Assembly: GCA_051530055.1 (NCBI GenBank)
Contig: CM121341.1
Location: 18,454,784-18,518,783 of the forward strand
Direction: 5' to 3'
DNA length: 64,000 nucleotides
Source: Neoechinorhynchus agilis
Lineage: Eukaryota > Animalia > Acanthocephala
Part shown: one piece after another, positions 51,985-63,949 of the stretch
Numbering within the stretch: the first letter of the stretch is position 1
Layout: each line of letters opens with the position of its first letter
The notes under the pieces: generated by a model
Database searches by the model: none
Told to the model about the DNA's origin: nothing
Seen by the model: the letters and a program-made list of their open reading frames with translations, nothing else
Translations under genes and position numbers: made by a program

Positions 51985-53100
51985 CGGGATAACTGTTAGT
52001 GAGGGAGGGTAAAATAAAGCTGTTGTGAAATTTGGAGAGAGCGTATGATTTGGATACGAAATGGCGGAGGCGTTTGAGGAGGTAAATGTTAAAGCTATTG
52101 CGCTTGAGGGAAAGTGTAATGCACGAGTCCCATTTAAGATTTGATTGAAATTGGAGACCCAGAATTCTGATGTCTTTTGGAAGATCGAGGTAGGATATGA
52201 GGTTGCGGGAGATTGAGGGGATCATTTCGAAGCATTTAGAGAAATTTAGATAGAGTTTGTGATTGGCGCATAAATCGTTTATGTGTGCGATTTCGTTAGA
52301 GGTTAAGGAGAGGGAAAGGTGGGATGATGATTGGGCCATTAGGGTGGGATCGTCGGCGTACAAGAAAAGCTTAGAATGAGAGGAAAGAGGTTTAAGTTCG
52401 TTGAGGAAATTATTAAAAAAAAGTGGTGACAGGACGGCACTCTGAGGTACGATTAGGTGAGCGATAGGGTGATCGAAAAGCTAACCCGGCAACGAATATA
52501 TTGTTGACGATTGTGAAGAAAAGAAAGGGGCCAAGCAGTTAATATGGCACGAGTTTAGACCGAAATTGGAATAGGTCTGAAGAAGTAGTGGGTTGCCTAC
52601 GTAATCGAATGCTTTCGATAAGTCCAGGTGAATGGGCCGAGTGACGTGGGTGGGATTACTGTCGAGGTTACGTAGGAATGTGTCGTAAATGCGAAAGCAG
52701 GACATCGGTTGCTGAAAATTTGGGTCAGAAGCCGAATTTTAGAGGCGGTAGCTTATTTTTGAGAAATGGAAAAGGCGTGTTTTGAAACATTTTTCGGTAT
52801 TTGTTAAAATAGTGGGTACAATGGATATTGGACGGAAAAATTGGACGAATCTTTTATTGTGTGTTTTACGGTGAACACGTCGATCACTTAGTGTAACACT
52901 GTCAAATATCAGTTGACGCAGCACCTCTTCATTGTAAATAAGCTGAATTTTTGTGGCTGATACGCTTGTGCTATCATCAATATTCGTCTGATGGATCGTA
53001 GGCGGTTTAATTGCATTTTGTGTGTTGTTGGCCTTTTCCTTCGTGAAATCTGCTCTACACGGTTGGAACCACCACAGTTGCCACATTTAAATGTTTTTTC
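51984..53100 (-). mobile_element. CR1/L2-like RT fragment (5' part of the RTE target)
   Basis: RPISIVP, LDLSKAFD, YADDPT, RILGLQFQSNLKW. Confidence 0.85.
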
Positions 53101-53436
53101 GGGATGTCATGTGGTTGTCCTCTGAGCAAAAGTAGCTTTTGCACTTTGGTCGGACACTTTCGATTCGAATGTCCAAATTGGATTAGAGCATATGAGATTT
53201 GATTCTGTGTTATAATTCTTAGAGAAACTGACTGCCATACATTGGACGATTCAGCGATGAGAGCGTAGTTTCATCATTTGGTCTGTATCGGATGCGACTA
53301 TTCCCACTTGGATCGCTTTTCATGTTCTTTTGATCTGAAGAAAAAATCTAATTTAAAGTGAAATAAATCATCGAATTCCTTGATGGGTTCCGAGGAGGAT
53401 AAGATTCCTAATGTTATATGCAATAAATGTAGTCTT

Positions 53437-53710
53437 TTTTGACTTTTGGTGAAGATACTCCCAGTTAAAAATCATTTTATTCTTCTGAAATATTTCGCGA
53501 ATAAACCTCGCCTTCTCAATCATTGTAAAATCATTTTATTTTTCTGAAATATTTCGCGAGGAATCTAATCGACTGATTAATTTACAATGATTGAGAAGGC
53601 AAGGTTTCCTCGCGAAATATTTCAGAGGAATAAAATATTTTTTAACCGGGAGTATCTTCATCATAAGTCAAAATTTAACATCCCGATGGATTTTCTCGAT
53701 ATGATTAAAT
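53437..53710. repeat. PLE pLTR-derived foldback with hammerhead-like arms
   Basis: Arms about 53437-53529 and 53579-53672 plus a partial internal duplicate; UGA-UUGAGAA-GGCGAGG..CCUCGC-GAA-AUAU-U-UCA. Confidence 0.8.
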
Positions 53711-54530
53711 GTAGCTTGTTTGAAAGATTGTGAAGTCGCTGACTTCGACTCAAATCTGCTTGTAAAAAAGATTAGAAATCATACATTTCATTTTTGTTTG
53801 TGAAAACCATCTTCAATGTACCATTCCAGATTGAAGCAACTTTAATTCTTATATGTTGACATCTTTCTTTTAGAAAATTCGCCCATGTTACCTACTTAGT
53901 AGTTTACGGTATTCCCGTAATCATGGAGACATAGTTCTCCTCTTTTATTGGTCGATCAATATACCTGATCTAACTGCCTGAGCCGTTTGGATCAAGTAAT
54001 CGTTGGTTCGTTCGCTTGGACGAAGGATTTTGAAGCTTTAAGGAGAACCTAATTACACCCTCCACCGCAACACTTGGTTGCTTATACACTTTCGGACTCA
54101 ACTTATAAAAATTAAACCGGTTATGTATTCCAAAACATAAAATAAGTCACTTTTCGATATTTTGAAGTGTGAGTTATCAAATCTGCGCAAAATTACAACA
54201 ACCGCGCATTTTACCATTTACACAGTAAAAACAAACGATTAATTAAAGCTAAATTTCTTCCATAAGTTTAACATCGTTATATCACGATCGATCGCTAGTT
54301 CGAAATCTGTTGCCGTTCACAACATTGCGCTGCTATTAAATAACGATGCGCAATGTGAAGCGTTTGATTCCTCATTGGGGGGAACGAATTTTCCTTTGAG
54401 TATAAGTCAAATTAAATTAATATTGGCAGTGTCCATACTTATGCTCGGGTAATAAAATCCTCTCTTAAAACGCGATGTTCATCGCCAATAAATCCTGAAT
54501 CAGCCGAACTTAATTTGTTTAATATAAAAA

Positions 54531-54821
54531 TTATTCTTTTTGAACGTTGTAATTTTCCGAAGTTTCCTGCATTGGTCTGCGGACTGTTCTGCGTTTTCGA
54601 CTTGTCCGTAATTCATTTGCGGGGATGCCTTGAAGCATGAGTTTTACTTGCATTTCGACTAAATCGTCTTCGGCAGCCCGTTGAGCCGCCAGCAATTGCA
54701 TGTGAGAGGCTGAAGTACTAAATTTTGCCTTTTTCTTCTTTGGCTGTTTTGAGCAATCCTTGCTGGAATCTGTAATGCTTTGAGAGACTCCTCTTTTTCT
54801 TGATTGGCTTTTGCTCATCAA
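54531..54821 (-). CDS. Basic, NLS-rich ORF of unknown function (possible terminal exon)
   Basis: 96-aa ORF with PKKKK and RKRR clusters in otherwise stop-rich DNA; no family recognised. Confidence 0.25.
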   Translation of the reverse strand: MMSKSQSRKRGVSQSITDSSKDCSKQPKKKKAKFSTSASHMQLLAAQRAAEDDLVEMQVKLMLQGIPANELRTSRKRRTVRRPMQETSENYNVQKE

Positions 54822-55463
54822 AATTATACACTCAGTAGAAGATTGTGATGCCCGCTCAATATTATGATTTTCCTCTTGATATTGAGAAGGTGCTGTCGAT
54901 TATACATGTTTACTAATTTTATTGTTTCTGTATTGTATTTAGAAATCATTCATTCGTCTACTTTTGGCACGAGTTTTGTTTTGCAAATAAATGTATTGGA
55001 AAGCAATTGAAATTCGCGGAAACTTTGTGTTCATAAATTATTTTGCGTTGCTTTGGCGTAATCTTGAAATCGATTGATGTTACAAAAATCAAAACCGAAT
55101 GGTGAACGGAATCTATTACAAGAATTGGCACATACCACAAAAAGTCATTTTTTGTATGCTTATTTCTGTACTCTATTTAAGAACCTAATGACCGTTATGA
55201 TTACAGTTTAATTACTTTTTTATTCCAGATCTTTATAATAAACAGCTAATTTTAAATATTTATTAAAGTCGTTATTTGTTCCTACGTAGATGAACAAAAT
55301 TTAATCGATCATTCACAAGAAATCGATTTTCGGTTTAGATCAATCAATGAAAGTTCAGTGTCAGAATTGGGTTGTTATAGTCGAGTGGAAGGGTATGAAT
55401 TTTTTAAATAAGAAACACTGAAAGGTTGGAATGCTTCTGATCTCGAATCGCCAGGGATTGGTC

Positions 55464-55600
55464 TTAGTATCTTAGACAATTGTTGATCAAGTCCTGCGCC
55501 GCGGTACCAAAGGACCCGAGTGTCTCGGCACCAAAGGGAACGAAATAATTATTTCGACCCAGGTCGCTGTATTTTGTAATTCGTGTCGTCCTCAGTGGCC
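55464..55600 (-). mobile_element. CRE-clade RLE fragment
   Basis: TKYSDL..YFVPFGAETLGSFG. Confidence 0.75.
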
Positions 55601-55954
55601 GTTGCTGGCTGCGAGTGCGTCCACGAATGTGGCGTTCCAGAGAAGGCATTCTCCTTCTCGCCAACACATTGTACAGAATATAGAGTTCAAAAAATTATTC
55701 AACTTTTTATAGATAACAATTAAAAATATAAAAGCTTAATGTGATATTTTAGGGCACTTCAAAATTTATCAAGTCTATCGGGTGTATTATATCGTAGATT
55801 TTTTTTAATTTATTGCGCATACACTCAAGGTCTTTTAAGGATCCATAAATTTGTATACATTGTCCAAATATCTAAATATAGAAGTTAGTAGTAGGAAGAG
55901 AAAGGAAAAGTCTCGAGTTAGGGCCGAGATCCCGCCGCGAACGGGAAAACCTGA

Positions 55955-56050
55955 ACCGCCGAGAAGTGATTTTATGCGCTTGCCTGAACCAGATCGATGG
56001 GCTGTTTGCTCAAGGGAAATCATCAGCCGTGAAAAAGGCCAAACATAAAT
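55955..56050 (+). repeat. 3' portion of the SINE-like repeat
   Basis: agtgattttatgcgc..ctgaaccagatcg..atcatcagccgtgaaaaaggcc. Confidence 0.7.
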
Positions 56051-56469
56051 ACGGAAAAACTTTCACGTCGACGTCGTTTCAATAAATCCATAGCTACTAT
56101 ATTTCGCATTCTTAAGATGTTTCAACCGAGTGACAATACGTGCTTTTCAACGATGAATTTGCAGATACGTGATTTTTCAACTATCTATTTGCATGAGACT
56201 TGTAGCTTAAAGAGTTAAGATTGACATCTCATGGTACGAAGCCGCAATCGTTATTCGCGATTGCACAAAAACATTCTATGCATTTCCATTCGATAGGAGA
56301 GAGGAGCCCCTCCATTCGGAGGATCTGTAGGCCTTGAATTTTGCGGTGGCCATTCGCCACCTTCCACTGAAGTAAAGTTGATGATATGCTGCCTTCAAAT
56401 CTACCTTGCTATAGAATTAATATTTCGAAACCGTTTGAACAACAGCATCGATCCGAGGGAGTGGGTATG

Positions 56470-56930
56470 CATCTAATGCTGTATACCTATTTACCGCCTC
56501 GATTGGTACTAAAGTGGATGACCGCTCCTCTGATCTTTCCTCTGCACGGGGACTCAATTGCGCCAAAACGATAGCCAGGCAGCTTTGGCTACAGCAATCA
56601 TCTCCGCTCGAGGCAGTCGGCTTGAGAAGAGATGGCGAAAAAATACCGGGTGGCACATCAACAGTTCCGTGGGAAAGAGGCCGTCTTCTTGGGACTTCTA
56701 CAATTGCTAAGAGCAACTTTTCTCTTGCAGTTTCAAGAGCCGAAGTGGTGAAAAGGGCGAAAGACGGAAAAAGGAAGAAGTACAAATTGCTCGACCGATC
56801 TACATTTTAGACAGCTCTCGTCATTGAGACAATTCGTGCCGTCGTACCAACACCGCAGAATTTTGTAAACAAGGTTGGAAAATGGTTGGTGGTAACAACA
56901 AAGTACTCCAGGGCACCGAAAGTGAATGCT
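56470..56930 (+). mobile_element. Diverged CRE-like RLE fragment
   Basis: EAVGLRRDGEKIPGG..VPWERGRLL; matches 25900-26340. Confidence 0.7.
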
Positions 56931-57059
56931 TGATACATCCTCGAGGCAAAGGAGGATCAAGACCTTCCTTCGTTCCCATCGGAACTTTTATAAATTGGAA
57001 AAATGGCTTGTAAGAATTATTCACTTATTTTTTGGATTTGCCCACCATTCTATGACTTT

Positions 57060-58300
57060 ACAAAATAAATTTTTTAAAGATCATATTGAACTTGCCATAC
57101 CTATCCCACGGACCTATGATAATTGGAAGCTCTCGATCACTGACTGGAGGAAACTCTTGAGTTTCTGCACCAAATTTTCGAACTTCCAATTTTAGAGAAT
57201 GGATTTTGATCAGGTGAATTGTGTAACGATGGGCAGCCCTCTTGCACCGGTGCTTGCGGATTTATACATGCGGCAGTGGGAAGCGAAATACTTGATCCAC
57301 AATTCCTGGAGTCTCATTATGGGCCCGATGTGTAGAGGACACATTTATTCTCCTTGATCGTTCTGCCTATGCCTCCATGCATCTGCAGAACTACCTCAAC
57401 ACTAACGATCCACCCACTCAATGGTCGACGGATGTCGAGACTAACAGTAGATTCAGTTTCCTTGATGTTGCGATAGAGCGTGTTGGTGGAGATGGATATG
57501 TGACTAAGGTGTATCGAAGAATCGATGTTCCACATCGTATAGTTCCATGGTTCTCCTCTCAACCACGAGAATATGAGATCTCCAGGGTGTGATCATTGGT
57601 ACAACGAGCTTTTGCTTATTGCAGCTCTAGTACTGACCTCGAACATGAACTGGATTTTGGGTTATCCGTTGAATCTCGTAAGGAATGTGATCGGTAGCGC
57701 TAGGTTTGGGAGGCCGACAGTCGTGGCATCGGATAAGGATTGTGTGTTTCTTTAGTTGCCGTTTATTGACGAATCCTCCCATCAGAATTTATCTAGGGTC
57801 CTATTGGCAAGCCACCAGAGCAAACGTACGCTCGTCTATTCCAAACAAAAAAATTATGTTTATGGCTTGATCTGTCCGAGCATTCGTGAAGACCCAAGTG
57901 GTGCGGTATATAGAATACCTTGTTCGGATTGTGATCGCTGCTATACTGGCCAGACAAATAACTTTGGGAGGAGGATGAAGGAACATCGCTATTCACTGAA
58001 CAAACATAACACGAACTCCGCTGTGGTTTCTCACTGTTGAGACTATGGGCCATATGATCGATATTAACGACGCATATTTGTTGGTATGCAATGACCATAA
58101 GGTTGAGCTTGTTATTATCGAGGCCATGTTCATTCAGGGAGCCAATACTTTCGAGGGAAACAAGACAGATTATTCCCTAAAGTGGGGGATACCTCCCAAT
58201 AAGACAATGAGGTTGCCTAATTCCGTTTTAGATAATTTACTGAAGACGTCCAGTGTGATTGGACGAAATATTTCAATTAAAGTCATTCTTTGATATAAAT
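57060..58300 (+). mobile_element. Degenerate 5'-truncated Penelope-like element
   Basis: DWRKLLSFCTKFSNFQF, MGSPLAPVLA, RFSFLDV, GAVYRIPCSDCDRCYTGQT (GIY-YIG); hammerhead motif at its 3' end. Confidence 0.88.
58235..58278 (+). ncRNA. Minimal hammerhead ribozyme motif
   Basis: AUUUA-CUGAAGA-C-GUCCA-GUGUGAU-UGGAC-GAA-AUAU-U-UCAAU. Confidence 0.75.
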
Positions 58301-59117
58301 TTTTATCCACTTCCACATAATTAAGAACAGCGGTCTGCCGATAAAATGCCAATTTAATTTTCAAGGCGCCATCGGTATTTCGAATCGTCGACGAGAGGCC
58401 GGTTTTGCGTTTAATCGGGAGGGTGGGCACAAATAATTATTTTCTTTATCATTATTAAAACAGGTCGTTAAAGTACTGATTTTCAAAGACAAGGGGATGT
58501 CCATTCGGGTGGGAATCGGTGGTTATTGTCTGTGGGAGATTTATTTGATTTTGGTTGATTAATTGTGAATTTAAGAACGTTTATTTGTTTTATGATTCCA
58601 ATTTTTTATCGACAATAATCCAACAGAAACATTCACACCACCGCTCTAGATCTCTAGCTGTTTTCCGTTCTTTCCTCCGAATCAAATCGCAAGTCGAGAT
58701 CGACTGGTAAATTCGACAAAGCAGTCAGAATCCCAACGTGCTGATCGTCTCATGCGCAGTAAAGGGCATACTTTCAGAAATAGATTTATCTTGAAAATGT
58801 TCGGTCTTTTCGTTCGCCTTCTTCAGTAAATCTACAATTATAAAAATTTAATATTTTCAAAGAAGCATGGTCAAATAGTTTATCCGGTTGGACTCGCAGA
58901 CTGAGTTTGTGGTCAACGAAAAGGCCGAAAATTTTCAAGATAAATATATTTTTTCTGACAATAATGAAGTACAGGACGTGCATCACCACCGTCCGCAAAA
59001 TTGGAATCGCTAATTATATTATTGAATAATTTCTTTACAAGGGTCATAATGTCGGCAGTTTCAAAGCAGATCCATCGTTGAGCTCACTCCGCTGGCGATT
59101 AAGGTCAGAATCCCCTG

Positions 59118-59191
59118 TGGCCAAGGTGGGGCTCGAACCCACGACATCCACCTTATTGGAGTGACGCTCTAACCGACTGAGCTACTCGGCC
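59118..59191 (-). tRNA. tRNA-Ile(AAT) with C at position 33
   Basis: GGCCGAG/CTTGGCC acceptor, intact D and T arms (GTGGG-TTCGAGC-CCCAC), anticodon loop CC-AAT-AA. Confidence 0.85.
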
Positions 59192-61676
59192 GAATGGAAA
59201 CGACTATCAACGAATCGTTGAATGAAGTAGGTTTGATTGAGAATTTAATTCTCCGCAATAAACAAACATGAATAATTTAATCTTCAAACGTTTGAAGTGT
59301 ATGTTTTAAACATTTGATCAACTGCGAAACCTACGTTTCTTCGCAAAACCAGTTTTTAAACCATCCAAAAACATAGTACATCTAAAAATATTCTCTAAAT
59401 TTACGAATGAACATTCCAATTACTGCAGATAAAATAAAATTTACAACTAGATTTAATTTATAGTTCTTGAGCCAAATATGACCTTTATAAACGCACTGTA
59501 GCCAGGAAGCGCTTGTTATGCACTTCAAATATTTGGCGGGGAATCGATCCTTTCTTTCAATTACGTTCATAAATAAATGCTTCGTAGAGTGAATTTTTAT
59601 TTGTTCAATAATGTTGGTAATACACGCGTTTTTTGATAATCGTGAAATTTGAGCTCTGATGGAGATCGGATACAACAGAAAGATTAAAACTTTTTACCGT
59701 ATTAAACACACTGGAACTTTCTTAGTGGTCGCATTTTGTTTTGACCCTTAACTTTTTTAAGAACAAACGTGCTTAACTTATGTTTAAATGGCTAATTTTT
59801 TAGCGCTCAAATTCTTCTTTTTTAAGACAGTTATATTAACTTGACATTTAAAAAGCCGATTCTTTGCACGGTTCAAAACCCACGGTGCCTACATAGCTTT
59901 GTGGTAATCATTTGGACATCGTGTTTACTTTTTAAATTTTTCCGATCTCGAAAACCGTATGTTTAAATTCTCCGTCTTTGAGCCGCAACGGTGAAATTCC
60001 TTTAGCCACATTTGGCTAAAAAATATTAAACTGTTTTATCTTCAGATACAATACGATTTGAGTTGAATGTATGCAAGTTCTCACAACATTGAATTCGTTG
60101 GTAACAATTTATGAATCTAATGATCCTACTGCTTACATATAGGAAGTTCCTTCAACCTCAGTGAAGGACGTTTCTTTGGGTCAGTTATCAATTAAAAATT
60201 TATCATTTGAACTAGCTTTCAAAATAGCATTGGCGCACACGATATTCTTCAATCGCTTCAAAGGAAAGGTATTCTTCGAGCGGGCCATATTGTGATTTTC
60301 ATGCCCATAATATTAAAGTGCCTCATTGACTTGAATTTTCTAATAACCCTGTCGGATTGATCCTGAAGCTTACAATCGATTGCTTTCACTTAAGAGAATC
60401 ACTCGATGAACGTATCTTTTTATCCAGCCGATTTTAGTTAATTATAAGTAAAGAAAACTACTTGGTCGTTGGTCCAATCGATTTCGGCGACGTTGACTGT
60501 TCATCAGGTTGTGTTGATTAACAGAAAATATAGTGTTATTTAAGTGCGCATATCCAGCAATCGATTGACGAGAGGGGCCGATGAAGCAATTAACTTATTT
60601 GTCGATTCGATAAAGGACTCATTGTGTTTGATAAAAAAACAATGCTGTATTTCAACTTCATTTGGTTATTGAATTTACCACAAAGAACATAATCCGACAT
60701 CCAGTAATAGATTCAGTTTTTCAGTGTTTGGGGAAACCATGGGAAATTTGGAATTTACGTTTTAAAATAAAAAGAAATCCAGAGCCAAGTGGTTTGTTCT
60801 TAAAACTCATTTTCATTGAACTTCATTTACAGTGTTACCATAAAGACAAGGAAATTGTTCGGGAGCAGCTGCTAAACTCCGTCGTTAGAATTTGTAATAT
60901 TGTCAACTCAAGTGCAGAATTCGCACTGACGAAACTTGAGGATATTGGGATTTGAGTTATGAGGAATAGAGTCCATATTATTTTAAGGTATTTTTTCAAA
61001 GTGATTTGTTTTTATTTGCTTTGATAGATATACGAGAAACTTGATGAACAGTAAAGAGTGATGTTTTAAAAACATCGATTGCAAAGAAAGAGCTACTAAT
61101 AACTTACTATGCTTAAAAGGAATGAGCTCACTGCCGTACAAATTTCTTGTTTTTCTGATTTGATGTCATTGGAATTCGGAAATAACGTCCCATTTTGAAA
61201 GCAGCCATGATTTGTTTTGGAAAATAAGCACCGTAGGCCTTTTGGTATGTTGTCGGTTAAAATAAGTTTTATGATTGGTCCTTCTTCTACGAAGAACAAA
61301 GCAGAATTTAAGAAATTTAATTTTTCTGTACTCAAAGGTACTGTTGTTATTTTGTATTTTCCTTTAATGCTGCGTGTAATCGTGATGGTGTATGAAAACT
61401 TCTTTTCTGTGCATTCCTCTCAAAAAGCGTTTTCTCTCCAATGCGCTTAAAAAACCAATCGATCACACTCATTAGGTTCAGATTATAACGAAGTCCAGTA
61501 AAACTCGTATAATCTTTTCGATATTGTCAGTTCTTAATTTAACTTTTAACTTGTGTTCTTAATAAAACTTTGTTTTATATTACACCAAACCTCCAGAAAA
61601 GATGTCACTTTCTCTATTGGACACATCTTCAATGTGCGTGAAAACTATAAATGATATTTATACTTTTGATAGGCAC

Positions 61677-61943
61677 ATGCTTGTCATATCAATTGATATG
61701 AACAACACCGAAATCGTGCATATTGATCCTTATGACTTGATCAATTAATTTTTCATTAGCCTTTCAAATAATGTACTTAATTGGATACCTTCGAAAGCTT
61801 TGTCTGAATTAAAAAGCTTGACACTATTGGACGTGTCAAACAATGCAATTGTCCAAATATTTAACGCCCCGTTCTTAAAAATGAAATCAGTTGGGCAAAT
61901 AGACGTTAATGGAACAAACTTAAAAATCGTTTTTGATACCTAG
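61677..61943 (+). pseudogene. Leucine-rich-repeat fragment with an in-frame stop
   Basis: IDMNNTEIVHIDP..*..LSNNVLNWIPSKALSELKSLTLLDVSNNAI; TAA at 61746. Confidence 0.5.
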
Positions 61944-61994
61944 AACATTTGCAATTGATATAATAACTAGCTTTAACATATAGCAATTTTTAGA

Positions 61995-62320
61995 CGCTGT
62001 TGTGAAATTTGGAGAGGGCGTGTGATTTGGATCCGAAATGGCGGACATCAGCGACTTAGAATTCTGATGTCTTTTGGAAGATCGAGGTAGGATATGAGGT
62101 TGCGGGAGATTGATGGGATCGTTTCAAAGCATTCAAAGAAGTTGAGGTAGAGTATGTAATTGGCGCATAAATCGTTTATGTGTGTGATTTCGTTAGAGGT
62201 TAAGGAGAGGGAAAGATGGAATGATGATTGGGCGATTAGGGCGAAGATCGTCGGCATACAAGAAAAGCTTAGAGTGAGAGGAAAGAGGTTTAAGTTCGTT
62301 GAGGAAATTATATCTGTTGC
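61995..62320 (-). mobile_element. CR1/L2-like RT fragment
   Basis: Homologous to 52020-52410 (ITHINDLCAN..YLNF..KDIRIL). Confidence 0.8.
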
Positions 62321-62327
62321 AGAAATT

Positions 62328-63949
62328 TTAGGCCGGAAACCAAATTGAATAAGTGCAATTTTTCGATTGAAGATTGGCGGAATTACCCGAGAGCCCATTA
62401 CATGTCATCCGGACGCTGGCAGCGTTCACACGCTTGACCGCCAGACTCAAGTTTTGTCGCAAGAAAGTGATTGACTGCGGCTCTTTCGTCACACTCGCGA
62501 TACGTCGCCCCACTTCAATCACGAATTCCGCTGCGACCTTTCCAAATGCCCCGTAAGTCCCGACTCCGAAGGGCAGGAACAAAAACTGAGAGGCTAACTC
62601 ATGATACTTCACGGTCTTAAATTCCTTCGCTCTCGTTGCCGCGACTCCTGCGCCTAATTTAGCGGTCGTTGTATTGCTGTTTGCCAGCGTATCGACGCAT
62701 GTTGCGTCCCATAAAAGACATCTGCCACGTGACCAGGGAAAGACCGTTACCCCGTCAGGACGTTTCCCGTCTGAGCGTCAGAGATTATTTCGCGCCAGGA
62801 TGCAGGGCACCTGAATCGATCTCAGCGCTCGACTTATGATAGCATTGATTTCAGCATAGCGTGGAAAACGTCCTGCGGACCGCTTACATGAGAGACCGTG
62901 TTGCCCCTTGTTGTCCACCGTGACACCACATCGACATTTATGAGTGACGCAAATGTTCATTCCGAATCTGAAGGTCTCATAATCCAGCAAAGTGCCCAAA
63001 TTTGAGGATGGTATAGCACCAAGCTAGGCTCCAGATTATTTGGTCGAACAAGCAGCGAGACGAATCCTAGCCATTTCATCCATCTGGTCTTGTAATTGAG
63101 ATTGAACCCGATGAATGAGTGGAGAATCCCACGCTTGCTGTTTGTTGCTTTTTCTAGGTATCTGTGTTTGCCAGCTTAATGTTGTCCACTTCACAAAAGC
63201 TCGATCGAAATGCTCCGCGTTGATCTCAGGAAAAATATTAGTTGAGTACTTAAGACTAGCACAAAAGGAGGCAAGAAAGGCCGGTAAAGCGACATCTTTA
63301 GTCTGTAGTAGTCCGGAACCCCCCCACTTAATGTCGGTAATGTAGCTTGTCTCCATGATGTATCGTCAAAGGCGATGTTAAGCATTTTCTCCAGATCACC
63401 GCGCAATAGGCAGTCCAATTTATCGAGGTCGTCCGTGTTGTCGAAGGCAGGAACAGTCCTTAGTTTGTGGAGGAGCTTAGGCATGAAGAGGCAGTTCTTA
63501 ATCAAGAAGATTGCTTCATGGCTCTTCAATTCCGATGTTCTCTTGCATATCAACTTTAGCTCTGAAGCGGTCATTTCAATATCCTTTGGCAGATTCTCCT
63601 TCATCACGCAAGATTCCAATAGACGAAGCTTTCTAAGATTAATGGCTTCTATTCCTGGTGCAACCGATGAAAATTCATCCAATATAATTGACTCGTCTTT
63701 TTCCTTCATGTTTAGCAGCAGAATTTGGCACTTTGCGAAATTGAGTTGCAACCCCAGTTCTTTGGTTTTTTCTACGAGTATTTTTAAATCGTCCAGAACT
63801 ATTGCTGGATAGTCTCCCAAAGTTGCGTCGTCAAGATACCAAGTATTGAATTTAGACTTTAAAGATTTAGCAGCGTGATTAACTGCGACTGAGAAACCGA
63901 TGGGGCCCAGGAGGTGTTCACTGTGTATTTTATGCGTCTGGTATGCCAC
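62328..63949 (-). mobile_element. Degenerate CRE-clade element (RT C-terminal half + RLE)
   Basis: LGPIGFS..WYLDDATL, HEAIFLIKNC, CRCGVTVD..HGLSC, FLPFGV, LSLAVKRVN. Confidence 0.9.

Noticed and set aside
53700-54120. Gene with 21-25 nt introns on the minus strand
   Set aside because: GT-AG pairs exist but no single splice path gave a long, recognisable frame.
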